From NCBI GenBank assembly GCA_951406725.2, contig OX597834.1, forward strand, positions 22,382,001-22,446,000: DNA of 64,000 nucleotides. Direction: 5' to 3'. The notes under the pieces were generated by a model that was given only the letters and a program-made list of their open reading frames with translations, was not told the DNA's origin and made no database searches. A program made the position numbers and the translations under genes. Shown in pieces: positions 24,519 through 39,201 of this stretch (position 1 is its first letter; each line of letters starts with the position of its first letter). This DNA is from Octopus vulgaris. Taxonomy: Eukaryota.

Positions 24519-27500
24519 GATTTAATGAATTTTGTAATGTACAACAGTAATTTAATAACTGGTGATCAGATATCTGGAAAATTCAGTTATCTGGCAGCCC
24601 TCTGATCCCAGTGGTGCCAGGTAGAAGCGAGTTTACATACTAAACACTTAAGATCCAAGGGCAAAGTGTGGCCCACGGGACTTTCTGGATGACACATCTA
24701 AAGAAAAAAGTAGCTAGAATTTGTTTTAGAAGTGCAGCCTGCTTGATATAATAAATCGTGTCTTGTGGCCTGCTTCTCAAAAATCGTGGCCCATGCCTGG
24801 CTTAAAACAAGCAGCTTTTTTATGTAAAAGAACCAAAGACAGTCTTGGGGTAGGTTGCTATGAAAAGGGTTAAGATGGGTGCTGGCATACAGATCAGGTG
24901 AGTTCATACTTAACAATGCAGTCACTGTTATGCCCCTGAGAAAAGCACATAGGTTTTGCTTGTTCTTCCAGCCTTTACTTCATGGTTGAATGACTTTAGC
25001 AGTAAGAAGAGACAACCAGCTGTAAAAACAATTGCTTCAAGAAGAAAAAAACATGCTGATATTTGTTAAAAAATAAAAAGAGAGAGAGAAATTGATGTAA
25101 AAACAGTGGAATATATATGCATAAATAAATTAGTCATTAGCATAATTTATGTATGATGTGTTTCATTGACACAAACATGGGTGAACACACAGTGAGCTTA
25201 TCTGACTGCTAATGTCTTTCCAAAAACTGATATTTATTGTTTCGTTTGGTAGTTAGGATGAAGTTTCAATAGTGTAGGAGGTTAGGTTTATGGTATGGGG
25301 ATCTGTAAAAATGAGACTTTTATAAGCCAGTCTCTCTTGTTAACCCTTTTAATGCCTATTTACTCCTGTCTAAATCATGCCAGCAGGGAAAAGCAAGCAT
25401 GAAATGAAACATAATATATATATCATCATCGTTTAATGTCCACTTTCCACGCTAGCATGGGTTGGACGATTTGACTGAGGACTGGCGAACCAGATGGCTG
25501 CACCAGGCTTCAGTCTTGATCTGGCAGAGTTTCTACAGCTGGATGCCCTTCCTAACGCCAACCACTCCGAGAGTGTCGTGGGTGCTTTTTACGTGTCACT
25601 GGCACAGGGCCAGTCATGTGGTACTGGCAACGACCTCGCTCAAATCTTTTACACAGGTGCCAGTAAGGCAATGCTGGTAACAATCACGCTTAAATGGTGC
25701 CTTTTACGTGCCACCAGCACAGAGGCCAGATAGCCTCTGTTGTATACACAACAAATCTATTGGCTTCAGAGAACTGGTGTGATCAATTTGAATGCTATTG
25801 ATATTTAACAGTTTATCTTTAATATCAGGCACCAGTCAATGGGGCTCTCGGTCCACACAGTACCAAGATACAGTGTAATAAATGTAACCTATACAAGAGA
25901 TATATAAACAGGGTCAATTTATCTATTTTCTCCATAGATTGAAAAAGAAAGATGGACAGCCTTAATTGATTAATGAACCATTATTAGGTTCTCTGTATTT
26001 TTCTTATATATTTGTTCTCTATGAGTATTTATTTTCTGTTTCAGACGCTGAGGTTCCTGAGTTGCTACCTATCGGCTATCTTGTCGGGGACACGATGCAA
26101 ATCGGTATTTGTCTTAAAGGTAAACTATCAACAAACATCTTGTGTAAATTTTGAGGGATTTTATGACAAGTGCAAACATGGTGATGTGGTTAAGAAGCTC
26201 GACTAGTACCTTCTGAACAGAATTTGGTAAACGGAATTTGTGCAGGAACCCATCATGGATGTCTCTGCCATTTCCACATGGAACCATATTGCCAGAAGGT
26301 GTCACCATTGTGATGATATTTGGTGATAAATGTCTGGTGAAATGTAAACCTTCTTGAAATAAATTTGATACATCTCTCAATATATACACATGTGAATAAA
26401 CTGTCATCTAAATTACACAGAAATGAAAATAACACTTGACATTTCATTCTAACAGATACATTTACCAAAATTACATACAAATATTTTAAAATACTAAAGA
26501 GTAAATTTATTCAATTAAATCGCTATTGGCACCAACCAAGACCTCCAGGCGACTTCAGAATCTCCTGCAACTCTTCTGGATGGCCTTCTGGTTTAAGTTG
26601 GTGGACGCTGCCATAATCCTTGCCTTCAGTTCATCTTTGGTGTTACAAGGAGTTTTCTTGGTCTCTCACTCAACTGCACCCCACACATAATAATCAAGGG
26701 GGTTGCAGTCTGGGGAATTAGGTGGCCAGATGTTAGGGGTGATGTGGTCGCAGAAGTTGTCTGACAGCCATGGCTAGATTATTCTGCTTGTGTGGCATGG
26801 TGCAGAGTCCTGTTGCTAGACACAGGGTCTTCCAGCAGCCACCCTCTTGACCCATAGCAGCACTACCGCCTCCAGGCACTTGATGTAGGCCTCTGTGTTG
26901 AGTCTGAGGCCATGTGGGAAGATGAATAGCAGTGTAACATTGCCGTTACTAGTGATATATGATATATGGACTAATATTCATGAACCCCATGATATTGACT
27001 GGATGTTTGATTTTTCTCACTCTCAGTACATGTCCTCAGATTGACACCCAAACACTCTGAAATGTTTGTATTCGAGCTTCCAACACGAATGCCAAGCAGT
27101 ACAGCATGTCATTTCCAAATTTCCAGTAGAGTGAATTGCATCATGGTGCTATTTATCTCACAGATGGTGCCCAACTGACCCTACTATACTGTGTAGTCAA
27201 CAAAATCAAAAACAATGTGTCTTTGCAAAATTTAAAATATAAAATGGTGACAATTTATCCATTGTACCCTGTATATATGTATGTGTGTGTGTGTGTGTGT
27301 GTATATATAGAAATAAAATATACAATGAGCTTCTTTCAGTTTCCATCAACCAAATCGACTCATAAGTCTCCGCTCAGTTCAGGACTATAGTGGAAAATAC
27401 ATGCCTTAGGTGCCATGCAGTGAGATTGAAACTGAAATCCACATAGTTGGAAACCAAAACTCTTAACCACAACTCCAACTTTTACAAATATTTCAAACTG

Positions 27501-30500
27501 TCCAAATATTTCTATGGCATTAAAAATCTTGTCCTTGCTTTTACTTTCAGGTACCAAGCAGAACAGTGTTGATTCGCTGGCATTTGAAACCCAAATCCCC
27601 AAATCAATTATTCAGCGGTACGTTTCACTGCTTTTAGAACACCGAAGGATTATACTGTGTGGACCAAGTGGAACAGGTAAAACCTACCTGGCGCAGAAAT
27701 TAGCTGAACACTTAGTACTAAGGTAAGACTGATTGGCTTTTTATGTACAGGGGTTGGCAAAAGCAGGTAAACGGTTGCCTTATATGAGTGGAATGTTCTT
27801 TCCATTTCTCTATTTCTTGTTTTAGGATAGGAATTCTATGTTCTTTTTAACTAGTTCTTTCTGTAATATGGAGCAAATAATTCATGAGAAAATATTGCAA
27901 AGATACCATTGACTCTATTATTATCTAGTGTAGCAATTTAAAAATGATAATAAAAGAATCATCAATATATATATTTAATTGCAGGCCCCCAAAAAAGCAT
28001 TAAATAGCTGAAGGATTAAAATTAATCAAAAGACATACTAAGTATGTCTAGCTGAAGAGTTTTTACTGTTATTTCCAGCGGGTAGACATACTTAATATGT
28101 CCTTTAACCCTTCAGCATTCAAACCGGCCATATCCGGCCAAAATATTTAACCTGTTTTATATTGAAACTGACTAGATCTCGCCTCTCACCTCAGCCCTAC
28201 AATGTCATTCTAAACCTAAAAAATTACATCACTGAGATCTCTAAACTACAAGATAATGCATGATTAATTCAAACCATTTTAAATAAACAAACATCACATT
28301 TGACAGAATAATCTGAACACTAAAGGGTTAATTAATTTTAATTCTTTCTGTAATAAAATAATCATTCTGAATTATAACTATTAAAACTGCATATCTACTT
28401 TTGTCCACCCCTTTATATTGTGATATATCTATGTCTGTGTGAGTATGTGTCTCCTTCTGATATTGTTCAGTTTTATGCCTATTTTTTTTTCTGTGCCAGC
28501 ATGGGTTAGATGAATATATTGTTGAGGCATCACCAGATGCCATGTAATATACAGACACAGCATCCTCCATTCCTGGGTTTGTAGACTTGCAAGCTACATG
28601 GTGACCTCAGTAGTATTGGTGGCGCTAAAAAAAACACCCAGTACATTCTGTAGAGTGGTTGGCATTAGGAAGAGCTGTAGAAATCAAACCAAAATTGTCA
28701 CTGGAACATGATGCAGTCCTTCAACTCATCAGTTCCTTATCAAACCATCCAATCCATGACAGTATGGAACATGGACATATGAGGAGGGGGGGGAGATGGT
28801 TGGATGGCTTGTTTTGGTTTATTTCTCTTTTTTTTTTTTTTTTAATGTGTTTTGTTTTTCTTTTAGGTCTGGGCGAGAACTTACTGCAGGGTCAGTGGCA
28901 ACATTTAACGTTGACCATAAGTCTGGAAAAGAACTTCGCCAGTACCTGTCAAACATTGCAGAGCAGTGTGAGAGTACGAGTGCCGGAGAACTACCTAGTG
29001 TTATTATATTGGACAATTTACACCATGTTGGCTCTTTGGGGGAAGTCTTCAATGGCTTTCTGAGTGTCAAATACCAAAAGTGGTGAGTATATCAGTTTCT
29101 TTGATAGGATTCTAACCATTTCAATATTAACTTGCCTAAAACTGTTCTTGGTTCAATGATACAAGTACCATAAAAACCCATGTAATTTGCACACCTGTGT
29201 AATTTATACAGATGATTTTCAGGATAGAATTTGTTAAATTCACACACAAAAGTTTTCAGAATTGCCAATATGGCCAGGAGGAAAAAAGTTTTCAATTTAG
29301 TTGCATTTAGCATAATTTCACTCATGATTAGATTTTATTAAATTTTCATTAAATAAAAGTAATTTCTGTTTAACAGGTATCACATTGAAAGCTATGAAAT
29401 TACAGTGTTTGTGTTATTTATAATAAACTTTATTTTACATTTCTTGCCCACAAGAGATTATGTCCAATCTTTAGCATACTGCTGTATGTCTTCTCAAATC
29501 ACGACCACAGGAAAAGTTGTTGATAAGAATTATCAACAAAAACAAAGCTGATAAATATGCACAAGTGTTGCAAATTAAGTTTAATTGCAAATAAACATTA
29601 ATGGTTTTAGTAAATTTATACAGAAAAAGTAAGCACCAGCATAAATAAAAATCAACTTCGTTATATTTAAGCCCTTATTTTTTCTATAAAGACCTGTTCA
29701 GACATTAAATGAGTCAACTTCCAGCACAAATGTTTACATTTTGTACGTCTTTTTTCAACAAAAGAAAAAATTTCTTCAAAAATTCTGGAAATGATCTACT
29801 TGTGTAATTTCTGCACCCCTAAAGTTTGTTTTTATTTTGTAAAAAAAAAATGCTTAGATTATGTGGGTTTTTACAACACCTTGCTTTAAAATGATCTAAG
29901 TTAGTTAGTTAATTTTTGGCTCAAAAGCAAATAGCAAGGCCATGTAGGGGGACATGGAGTTAAGTACAGGGTGGTGTTCATGTAAAGAGTTCAGGCCACT
30001 TGAGGTCAAGGGAGACTTTGAACAAAGCGGTCGTCGGCATCTTCACCATCTCGTCTGGCAGCTTGTTCCAGTATAAAATCTTCTGTTACAATTTGATACC
30101 AATTCATATTCCAATTAGCAGATCAATAATGACAACGTTATTCTAGTAAATTCTTCGTTATTTTCAAAATTAATTTAAACAAAGGCAGTGTATTTCAACA
30201 GAAATATGGTAGCTAAAGGACTAAGTAGGATTTGTTAAGTGGATCCTTCTCTGTCATTTTACTGAATGACAAACATTTCAATCAGGCCTGGTTCTTTGCC
30301 TGCCAACTTACAATCTGCTTAACTCTCCTGATATCAACACACCTAAGACTGCTGCTGTTCTATGATACAAACTTCCTGCTTTAAAAAACCTCCCATCAAG
30401 ATTTCGTGTTGGTTTATGTCCCAAACACCAACTTAATAAGGACATTATTTTCAAAATTAATTGAAACAAAATTAGTGTATTTTAACAAAAACAGCAATAA

Positions 30501-33500
30501 AAAGGTTTAAGTGATTTAAATTAAAACTTTCTATAAAAATTTATGCTAATTTATGTTAATTTATGCTCCAAACACCAACTTAGTAATGATAAAGTTATTT
30601 TACTAATTCTTTATTGTTTTCAAAATTAAATGGCACAAAGGTTGTATATTTCAGCAGAAATATGGTAACAAAAGAGTTAAAGAGTTCTAAATAAAACCTT
30701 CCATCAAAATTTCATGTTCCAAACATCAATTCAATAATGACAGTTATTTTACTGAATTCTTTGAAATTCCTATAAATTATTTCCAAATTATTGACCACTG
30801 TTCCATAGTTGTTTTTACAAATTCTTGTCCTTTTTATTTCTTTGCAGCCCTTACATAATAGGAACGATGAACCAAGCTACTGGACTAACCACCAACCTGC
30901 AACTACACCATAACTTCAGGTTAGTTTAGCACTTCCTTTATCTGTTGCGAAAATGCTTCGCCAAACGGTTAAGGTGTTGGGCTCACAATCATAATGTCAT
31001 GGGTTCCGGTTCCTGGACCAAACAGTGTTCTGTGTCTCCTTGCGCTGGACACTTCATCTCACATAGCACCAGTCTACTCAGATGTAACTAGGTGCCAGCC
31101 AAGTGTGGATGCAGTCCTCTCTCCCTCCTTCCAGCTCAGGGATCTTATATGTGTTCTTGGATACCTGCTGTGAAGCCCACGCTATTTGCTGGCTTCACAC
31201 CAGGGTTCTGGTCTGAGGATAACCTTGCTCCCACCAGGTTTATCAAAGCACCTGAGAGGTCCCATAGAAAATGCCCTTTCTCTCTGGCTAGACCATGAAA
31301 ATAAATAACAATTTAAGCAAGCACAAAACCTTTACTAAAATGCTTAGCTTTCAAGAAGACTCAGTTCAGGAATTGAACCCATGACTTTATGATCATGAAC
31401 CCAACACCCTAACCAGTAGGCCACGCATCTTCACAGAGGCACAGCCACTTGAGCAAGTATCTTCTGTTATAGTCCTGAGCCAATCAATGTCTATTGAGTT
31501 AAATTTGGATGGCGGAAACTGTGTGGAAGCCTATCATACATTTATGTATAAGTGTGTGTCCTTGTCTCCCGCCCCAATACTTCACAACCAGTGGTGGTTT
31601 GTTTATGTCCCTGTAAGCTGGTAATTCAACAAAAGAGTCTGACAAAATATGTACTTGAAACTGCTTTTTTTTTTTTTAATTGGAATCAGTTTGAGTAACC
31701 AAGCCATTTTAGGTGGTGCTCCAGCAAGACCCCAGTCCAAAAGAAAGAATTAAAAATTTCACCTAAGTCCACCTTGAATGTTTGGTATTTTTTTTGCTGT
31801 TGTTTTCCTTGATTTTTTTTTTTATTACTTATTTTTATTTCATTTTATTTATATATTTTTTTTAAACATTGCAGATGGGTTCTTTGTGCCAACCATATGG
31901 AACCAGTAAAGGGATTCCTTGGTCGTTACCTACGCCGCAAATTGGTAGAAGCCGAGGTACACATGGGTACCCGAAATAATGACCTAAACAAAATCATCGA
32001 TTGGATTCCCAAAGTATGGCAGCATCTTAATAAATTCTTAGAGACCCACAGTTCTTCAGATGTCACCATTGGTAAGAAACTACACATGCATTACATAATA
32101 AACTGGGTCTTTTTTTGTTGTTGTTGTTATTGGCTGATAAACAACACATGTATACATTTGTGACCCTTTCTGACCTCTGCTGCTGAAGAGGAAATAACGA
32201 CTCTGAAATGCATGCATGTAACAGTCTGGTTTTTTTGTCAACATTTGTCTATTTATTAGTGAAGTCTCATATAAAATAATTTTTGGTTTTAATTTTGGAA
32301 TTAAATGGTTTTGATTTTTCTGTCATGTAGGTAAACTTTGGCCAACCCTGTGTGTGTGTATGTATATATATATATACACACACACACACATATTGTAATC
32401 TAACATTTTTCAACATATTTCTATTGTAGGCCCCAGGTTGTTCTTATGCTGTCCAATGGACATCTCAGGATCCCAAGCATGGTTCACAGATTTATGGAAT
32501 TATTCCATTGTTCCTTACCTATTAGAAGCTGTTAAAGGAGGTTTACAGGTAATTCTTGATCTTTTAAAACATTTCTAAATTAACAGCCTGCTGTTGCTGT
32601 TATTATTATTAATAGTAATAATAATAATAATGTATGATAATTCCATTTCTTGTTATCTTGTGTACTAAATTTGTATTTAGTCCATAGTTGGAAATCAGTG
32701 GTAAGATACCTTCAAATCAAAAGGTTTTATATTTAAAAAATGCATACACACACATATGTATATATAAATGTGTGTGAACGTAGTTACATATATACTTACA
32801 CATACATATACACATACATGCATATATAGATATATAGACACATATATGTATTTATAGATTCACACAGACAGATAATATGTGTGGCTGTGTGATTAAGAAG
32901 TGCTTCCTGATTGGTGTGCTTTTGGGGCCCCACTGTGTGAATAGTGGCACCTTAGCCAGATGTCTTCTATTACAACCCTGGTAGACTTGTGCCTGCCTTG
33001 AGAAGAAATTTGGTGGAGGGAAACTGTGCGAAAACGTATATATACGAGAGTGAGTCAAAAAGTAATGCCATTTTATTTAGGACAGGTATAATTACCAACA
33101 CAGGAACGTGTATCATACATCAAAATGGAGCTGGTCGTCTGTGGATCACATCCCTACTTCTCAACATTGTCACCGTTTCTCTCAATAGCAATGTTCCACC
33201 TTCGAATGAGAGCATGTATCCCTACCCTGTAAAATTCTAGTGACTGTTCTTTGAGCCACTTCTTCACTACAACTTCTTCTTTTGAAGACTCATAACAGGT
33301 GATGAAAAATGGAATGGCACCACTCTATGCCACCACCACCGAAAAAGTTCAAAATGCAAAAGTTAGCTGGAAAAATCATGGTGACTGTCTTTTGGAGTGC
33401 TCAAGGTGTCATTCTGGTCGATTTCTTGCCAAAAGGAAAAACAATGAATTCAATAAGCTTCAGTTTAATGTATGATACATGTTCCTGTGTTGGTAATTAT

Positions 33501-34726
33501 ACCTATCCTAAACAAAATGGCATTACTTTTTGACTCACCCTCGTATATATATATATATATATATATACATATGCAATTGGCTTATTGTATATAGTGGTCA
33601 GATGCAGTACAACTCATCAGAAAATAGTAAAAGAGGGGACAGAAAGCAGCAATACGTCAGGTGAAGGAAGCCAACAGTGATAACCAAAAGTACATTCTTG
33701 GAAGACAGGATTAAACACAAGAATAGAGGAAAGTGAACGGTCGAACAGTAAAAGTAGACCATTCTGCTAGAGGCACATCATCATCATCGTTTAGTGTCTG
33801 CTTTCCATGCTAGCATGGGTTGGACGGTTCAGCTGGGGTCTGGAAGTCAGAAGGCTGCACCAGGCCCAGTCTGATCTGGCAATGTTTCTACAGCTGGATG
33901 CCCTTCCTAACGCCAATCACTCCAGGAGTGTAGTGGGTGCTTTTTCGTGCCACCAGCACAGGTGCCAGACGAGGCTGGCAAATAGCCACGATTGGATGGT
34001 GCTTTTTACGTGCCACCGGCACAATGCCTGAAATTTGTGGGGAGGGGCCTGGTCAATTACATCAACCCCTGTTCTCAACTGGTACTTATTTTATTGACCC
34101 AAAAGAATGAGAGGCAAAGTCAACTGCAGTGGAATTTGAACTCAGAATGTAAAGACTGTGTTATATCGTCAGCAATGATATATGATGTGTGTGCATAACG
34201 ATATATCATAATAGGGAATATAGCCACATAACAATAAGCACAATAGCAATCCAATACTCCAATATAGAATTAATAATGATACTAATGCTCTCACACTTCA
34301 ACCACACAGTTTGACCTCTTCTGTCCACTAGTTCATCAATTTATAAGACTCATCCAGTCTACTGACACTTATGTGTGGGGGTATCAGTTCCCTCCACAAC
34401 ACACTGATGAAATGACACTAAGCTTTTTGTCTGGCTAATGATTCTACCAGCTCAAGTCCAAAGATTAATAATGTGATACACAGTGACTGTCAAGTTGAAT
34501 ACTTACCAAAAACATTTGGTTCAGAGGAAGGCACACAGCTTTGTCTGTCCTTCAGCCTGGACTGATTAAAGCTGAAGAACAAGCTGACACTCCCAGCTCA
34601 CTTCATGGTTGAGTGGTTTTGTGGTAGGAAAAGACATCCAGCTGGAAAAACAAATGCTCCAACAACTAACACCATTCTGCCTGTGAAATGGATGCAAGAG
34701 ACTGGCAACCAAAACAAACTGATAAA

Positions 34727-34761
<35 letters not shown>

Positions 34762-36677
34762 TAATAGTAGAGTACTTGTAGTAATGATAATAATGGTGAT
34801 AAGGATTTCTTGTTTCCTGTTAGGAAAAGGTGGGGTCTTATGGGTTTTTATCAGATATGTTTAAATATAGTTAGACTTGTAATATGAGGAACAATAAACT
34901 TTTGAAATTTAGAATAGAAATATGAATAATGTTCTTTTAAAACGCAATAAAATTCTCTTAGTCTGATTTTTAGTAAATATATTATGTGTGTGTGTGTGTA
35001 ATATCTGAAAACACTCACTGATAATTTAATTAACATGTAAATATGTGATTGATTAATTAATAATTTCAGTTGTTTATTAATGTTGTTTTTGTTTCATCTA
35101 AAAACAAAATTTTCAAAATGGCTCATTTGTTTTTGTTTATTGTTTTTAAAACCAAAAAAAAAAAAAAAAACGTTATTTTTTTTTTTTAATTACCAATTTG
35201 TCATCTAGTTTAATTAGTAGTTTAGTCTGTTTCCTTCACTAATTGTTTTCCCTTAAATCCCACCTGAAAAGCTAGATCGAACCCTTTCAAAACACCATCC
35301 TTGTGCAATTGATCCCTAGCATCTCTAGTAGCTTAGTCCTGTCTATTTTTTGTCTCCCGTTGTTGTGGCACATCCCCTACCCTTATAAAACTTCTTGTAC
35401 TCTTCTATCGTCATTGTATCTACCCTGCAGTGATTAGTTTGTTTTCGTTTTGTTTTTGTCACTTTTTCCTTAATTCCTGGACAGCTAAAAGCAATATTTA
35501 CTCACATAATTATTAGCATTATTCTTCTTCTTATCGTTATCATCATCATTTAAGGTGGTGAGCTGGCAGAATTGTTAAAACGCCGGGCAAAATCCTTTGC
35601 GTCATTTCATCCATCCTTACTTTCTGAGTTCAAATTCCGTCGAGGTCGACTTTGCCTTTCATCCTTTTAGGGTCGATAAATTAAGTTGCCAGTGAAACAC
35701 TGGGGTCAATGTAATTGACTAGTCGCCTCCCCTAAAATTCCAGGCCTTGTGACTTTAGTCGAAAGGATCATCATCATTTTTTTTTTTGGCAATGAGCTGG
35801 CAGAATTGTTAGCACATGGGAGAAAATGCCTAGTGGTATTTTGTCCATTTTTAGATTCTGAGTTCAAATTCTGCCAATGTTGACTTTACCTTTCTTCCTT
35901 TTATAGAAAGGATCATCATCACCATCACCATCATCATCATCATCATTATTATTATTATTATTATTGCAAGGCAGCGAGCTGGCAGAATTGTTAGCACACC
36001 AGGCAAAATTACTAATAACATTTTGTCTATTTTTACACACTGAGTTCAAATTCCGCTGAGGTTGACTTTGCATTTCATCCTCTCGGGAGCAATGTAATCA
36101 ACTTACCCACTCCACTGAACTTGCTAGCCTTGTGCCAAAATTTGAAAATATCATTATTATTATTATTATTATTATTACTGCTACTACTACTACTGCTTGC
36201 TTGACTCATTAGCAAGTCAGACAAAATGCTTTCTGGCCCTTCTTCCAGCTTTACATCCTGAGTTCAAATTCTACCAAAGTCGATTTTGCTTTTCATCCTT
36301 TTGGTGTTGATAAAATAAGTACACATTGAATGCTGGGGGTCAGTATAATCAACTAACCCTCAGCCCCCAAATTTCAGGTCTTGTGCCTATAGTGGAAGGA
36401 TTATTATTATTAGGGCAGTATTTCTTCTGGTCCTTGTGTAAGAAAAGCACTTAGCGTAGTTTTAGACAAGTGCCCCATGCGTACACACACAAAAGCAAAA
36501 GTCAGGATGGTGACAACTGGAATGCCTCTGATCATAAGTCTGCTCATCATGTGTATGTGTGTGTGTTAGCTATGGCATTTAAGGCCATTCTGGAGTTTTG
36601 CCCTGAAGGAAATTTTGTTGTCTATGAAAGGAAATCATGTGCTGATGTTTGAGACACACACACTCTCTCTCTCTCTC

Positions 36678-36767
<90 letters not shown>

Positions 36768-37944
36768 TCTCTCTCTCTCTCACACACACACATGCTCTTA
36801 AGCAGAGTAGCATGTTGTCTATACCAATTTTATGCAGATTCTATATCTGTTCCTAACATCTTAAACCCTCATCTTTCGGCTGACAGTAATCAACATAAAT
36901 TATATTTTATTTTTAGGGGCCTGAATTCCATCTTCCCCGCTATTTAATTAACATTCCCAATCCCTTATATCTTTCCCCGTCCCCTCACTCTTGTATGAAA
37001 AAAAAAAAACAGTCAAAAAAGAAATCTACCTCATAAAAACATTAATCAAAATAATTTAATTCCACTCAACATGCAATTAAAAAAAAAAAGTTACAAGGAA
37101 AGAAAGAAATGCTTGCTGCAATCAATAACTTGTTAGAGATTACTTATGAAATACCATCTTAATGAATGGTACTTCAAACTATTTAACCTGTACTCAGCTC
37201 TATTAATAACGACTTCTCCTCGTTTCCTCATTTTACCTTTGCGTCATTTCATTTAATCCCAGTTTGTACCTAAAATAAATTTCTTCGGCCTATGTGTGGC
37301 TGTTCATCATTAATGATCCGCTTAACACAACTTATGCTAACGAGAGATAGCAACAGACTGATGTGTGTGGGGGTGAGGTAGCAAGCTAGCAGAAGTGTTA
37401 GCACACCAGACAGACTATGTAGCAGCATTTCCTTTGTCTTTATGTTCTGGGTTCAAATCCCACCAAGGTCAACTTTGCCCTTCATCTTATGAGAGTCAAT
37501 AAAATAAATACCAGCCATGTACTGGGGTTGATGTAATTGACTCCCCACCATCAATTATATATACATTTGTGTATGCATATATATATATATGTGTGGTCGA
37601 AGCATCATCCAAACGTGGCTGATGCCAGCGCCGCCTTGAGTGACTTTTGTGTCGGTGGCATGTAAAAAGCACCAACCGATCGTGGCCACTGCCAGCCTCC
37701 CCTGGCACGTAAAAAGCACCCACTACACTCACGGAGTGGTTGGCGTTAGAAAGGGCATCCAGCTGTAGGAACACTGCCAGATCAGACCGGAGCCTGGTGC
37801 AGCCTCCTGGCTTTCCAGACCCTGGTCGAACCGTCCAACCCATGCTAGCACAGAAAACGGACGTTAAACAATGATGATGATGATATATATATGCATATAT
37901 ATATATATATATATGCATATATATATGCATATATATATATATAT

Positions 37945-37986
<42 letters not shown>

Positions 37987-38428
37987 GTACTGGTGGCACG
38001 TAAAAAGCACCCACCACACTCACGGTGTGGTTAGTGTTAGGAAGGGCATCCGGCTGTAGAAACCTTGCCAGATCAGATTGGGGCCTGGTGCGGCCTCCAG
38101 GTTTTCCAGTCCTCAGTCAAACCATCCAACCCATGCCGGCATGGAAAGCAGACGTTAAATGATTATGATGATGATGATGATATATACACACACACATACA
38201 TACATACATACATGTGTATGTGATTGCTAAATGGAGACTAAAAGCTCATTGTGTGTATATATGTATATGTGTGTGTGTAGGTATGATTGTGTGGACCAGG
38301 AGTTCATTTCTTAACCATGTGATTTCATGTTGAGTCCCATTGTGTGGCACCTTGGGCAAGTAACTTCTACACCCCTGGCCAATAAAAGCCTTTGCGAATG
38401 GGTTTGGTAGATGAAAACTGAAAGAAGT

Positions 38429-38471
<43 letters not shown>

Positions 38472-39154
38472 TTTCCAACCAAGGTCCATATGGCCCTTGG
38501 GGTCCACATAAGATTTTGTTATTTAAATTTATCTGCAATAAATTGGTTATACGTCTACAATACAAAAGAAAATTTAACAGTTTTTTTAAATACAATTTCT
38601 TATAATAATTATAAAAATATAATAGGGGTTTTTAAACAACAAATGGCTATTAGGGTCCACTCACATAAAGTAAAAATCAAAGGGGTCCAGAGGTAGGAAA
38701 TATTTGAGAACCACTGGGGGGTGTGAGTGTGTGTTTGTAGGTTTTTTTCTTGACATCACATGATAGTTGTAAATGATTGTCACCATCATACAAGCAGTGT
38801 TGTTCCTTTTCAATTTTTCCTGAAAGCATGTCTGCTCCTTGAGGAACTATTACCTTGCTTGGAAACAGGTGAGGGTTGATGACAGGAAGGGCACCAACAC
38901 TGTTTCCCTTTCCGCTCTTCATTTTTAATGAAGACATTACACCTGCAGATGGTTCTTCCAGTTGTGTACTCCTCCACACCTCCAATCTCACCTGCCTGGG
39001 AGGGTCTGCAAAAATCCTAGATAAGACCCTTTCTCTTGACTAATTCATTTAAAAATAACATCCCATATCATAATTACATAGGTGTGTATGTGTGCGTGTG
39101 TATATATATATATATATGTGTATGTGTGTATATATATATGTATATATATATATG

Positions 39155-39201
<47 letters not shown>

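Noticed and set aside
27746-32350. Tc1-like termini (tacaggggttggcaaaag and ctttggccaaccctg) apparently enclosing three exons
   Set aside because: Similarity covers only about 14 nt and the enclosed exons are ordinary conserved NAV exons. More likely independent remnants.
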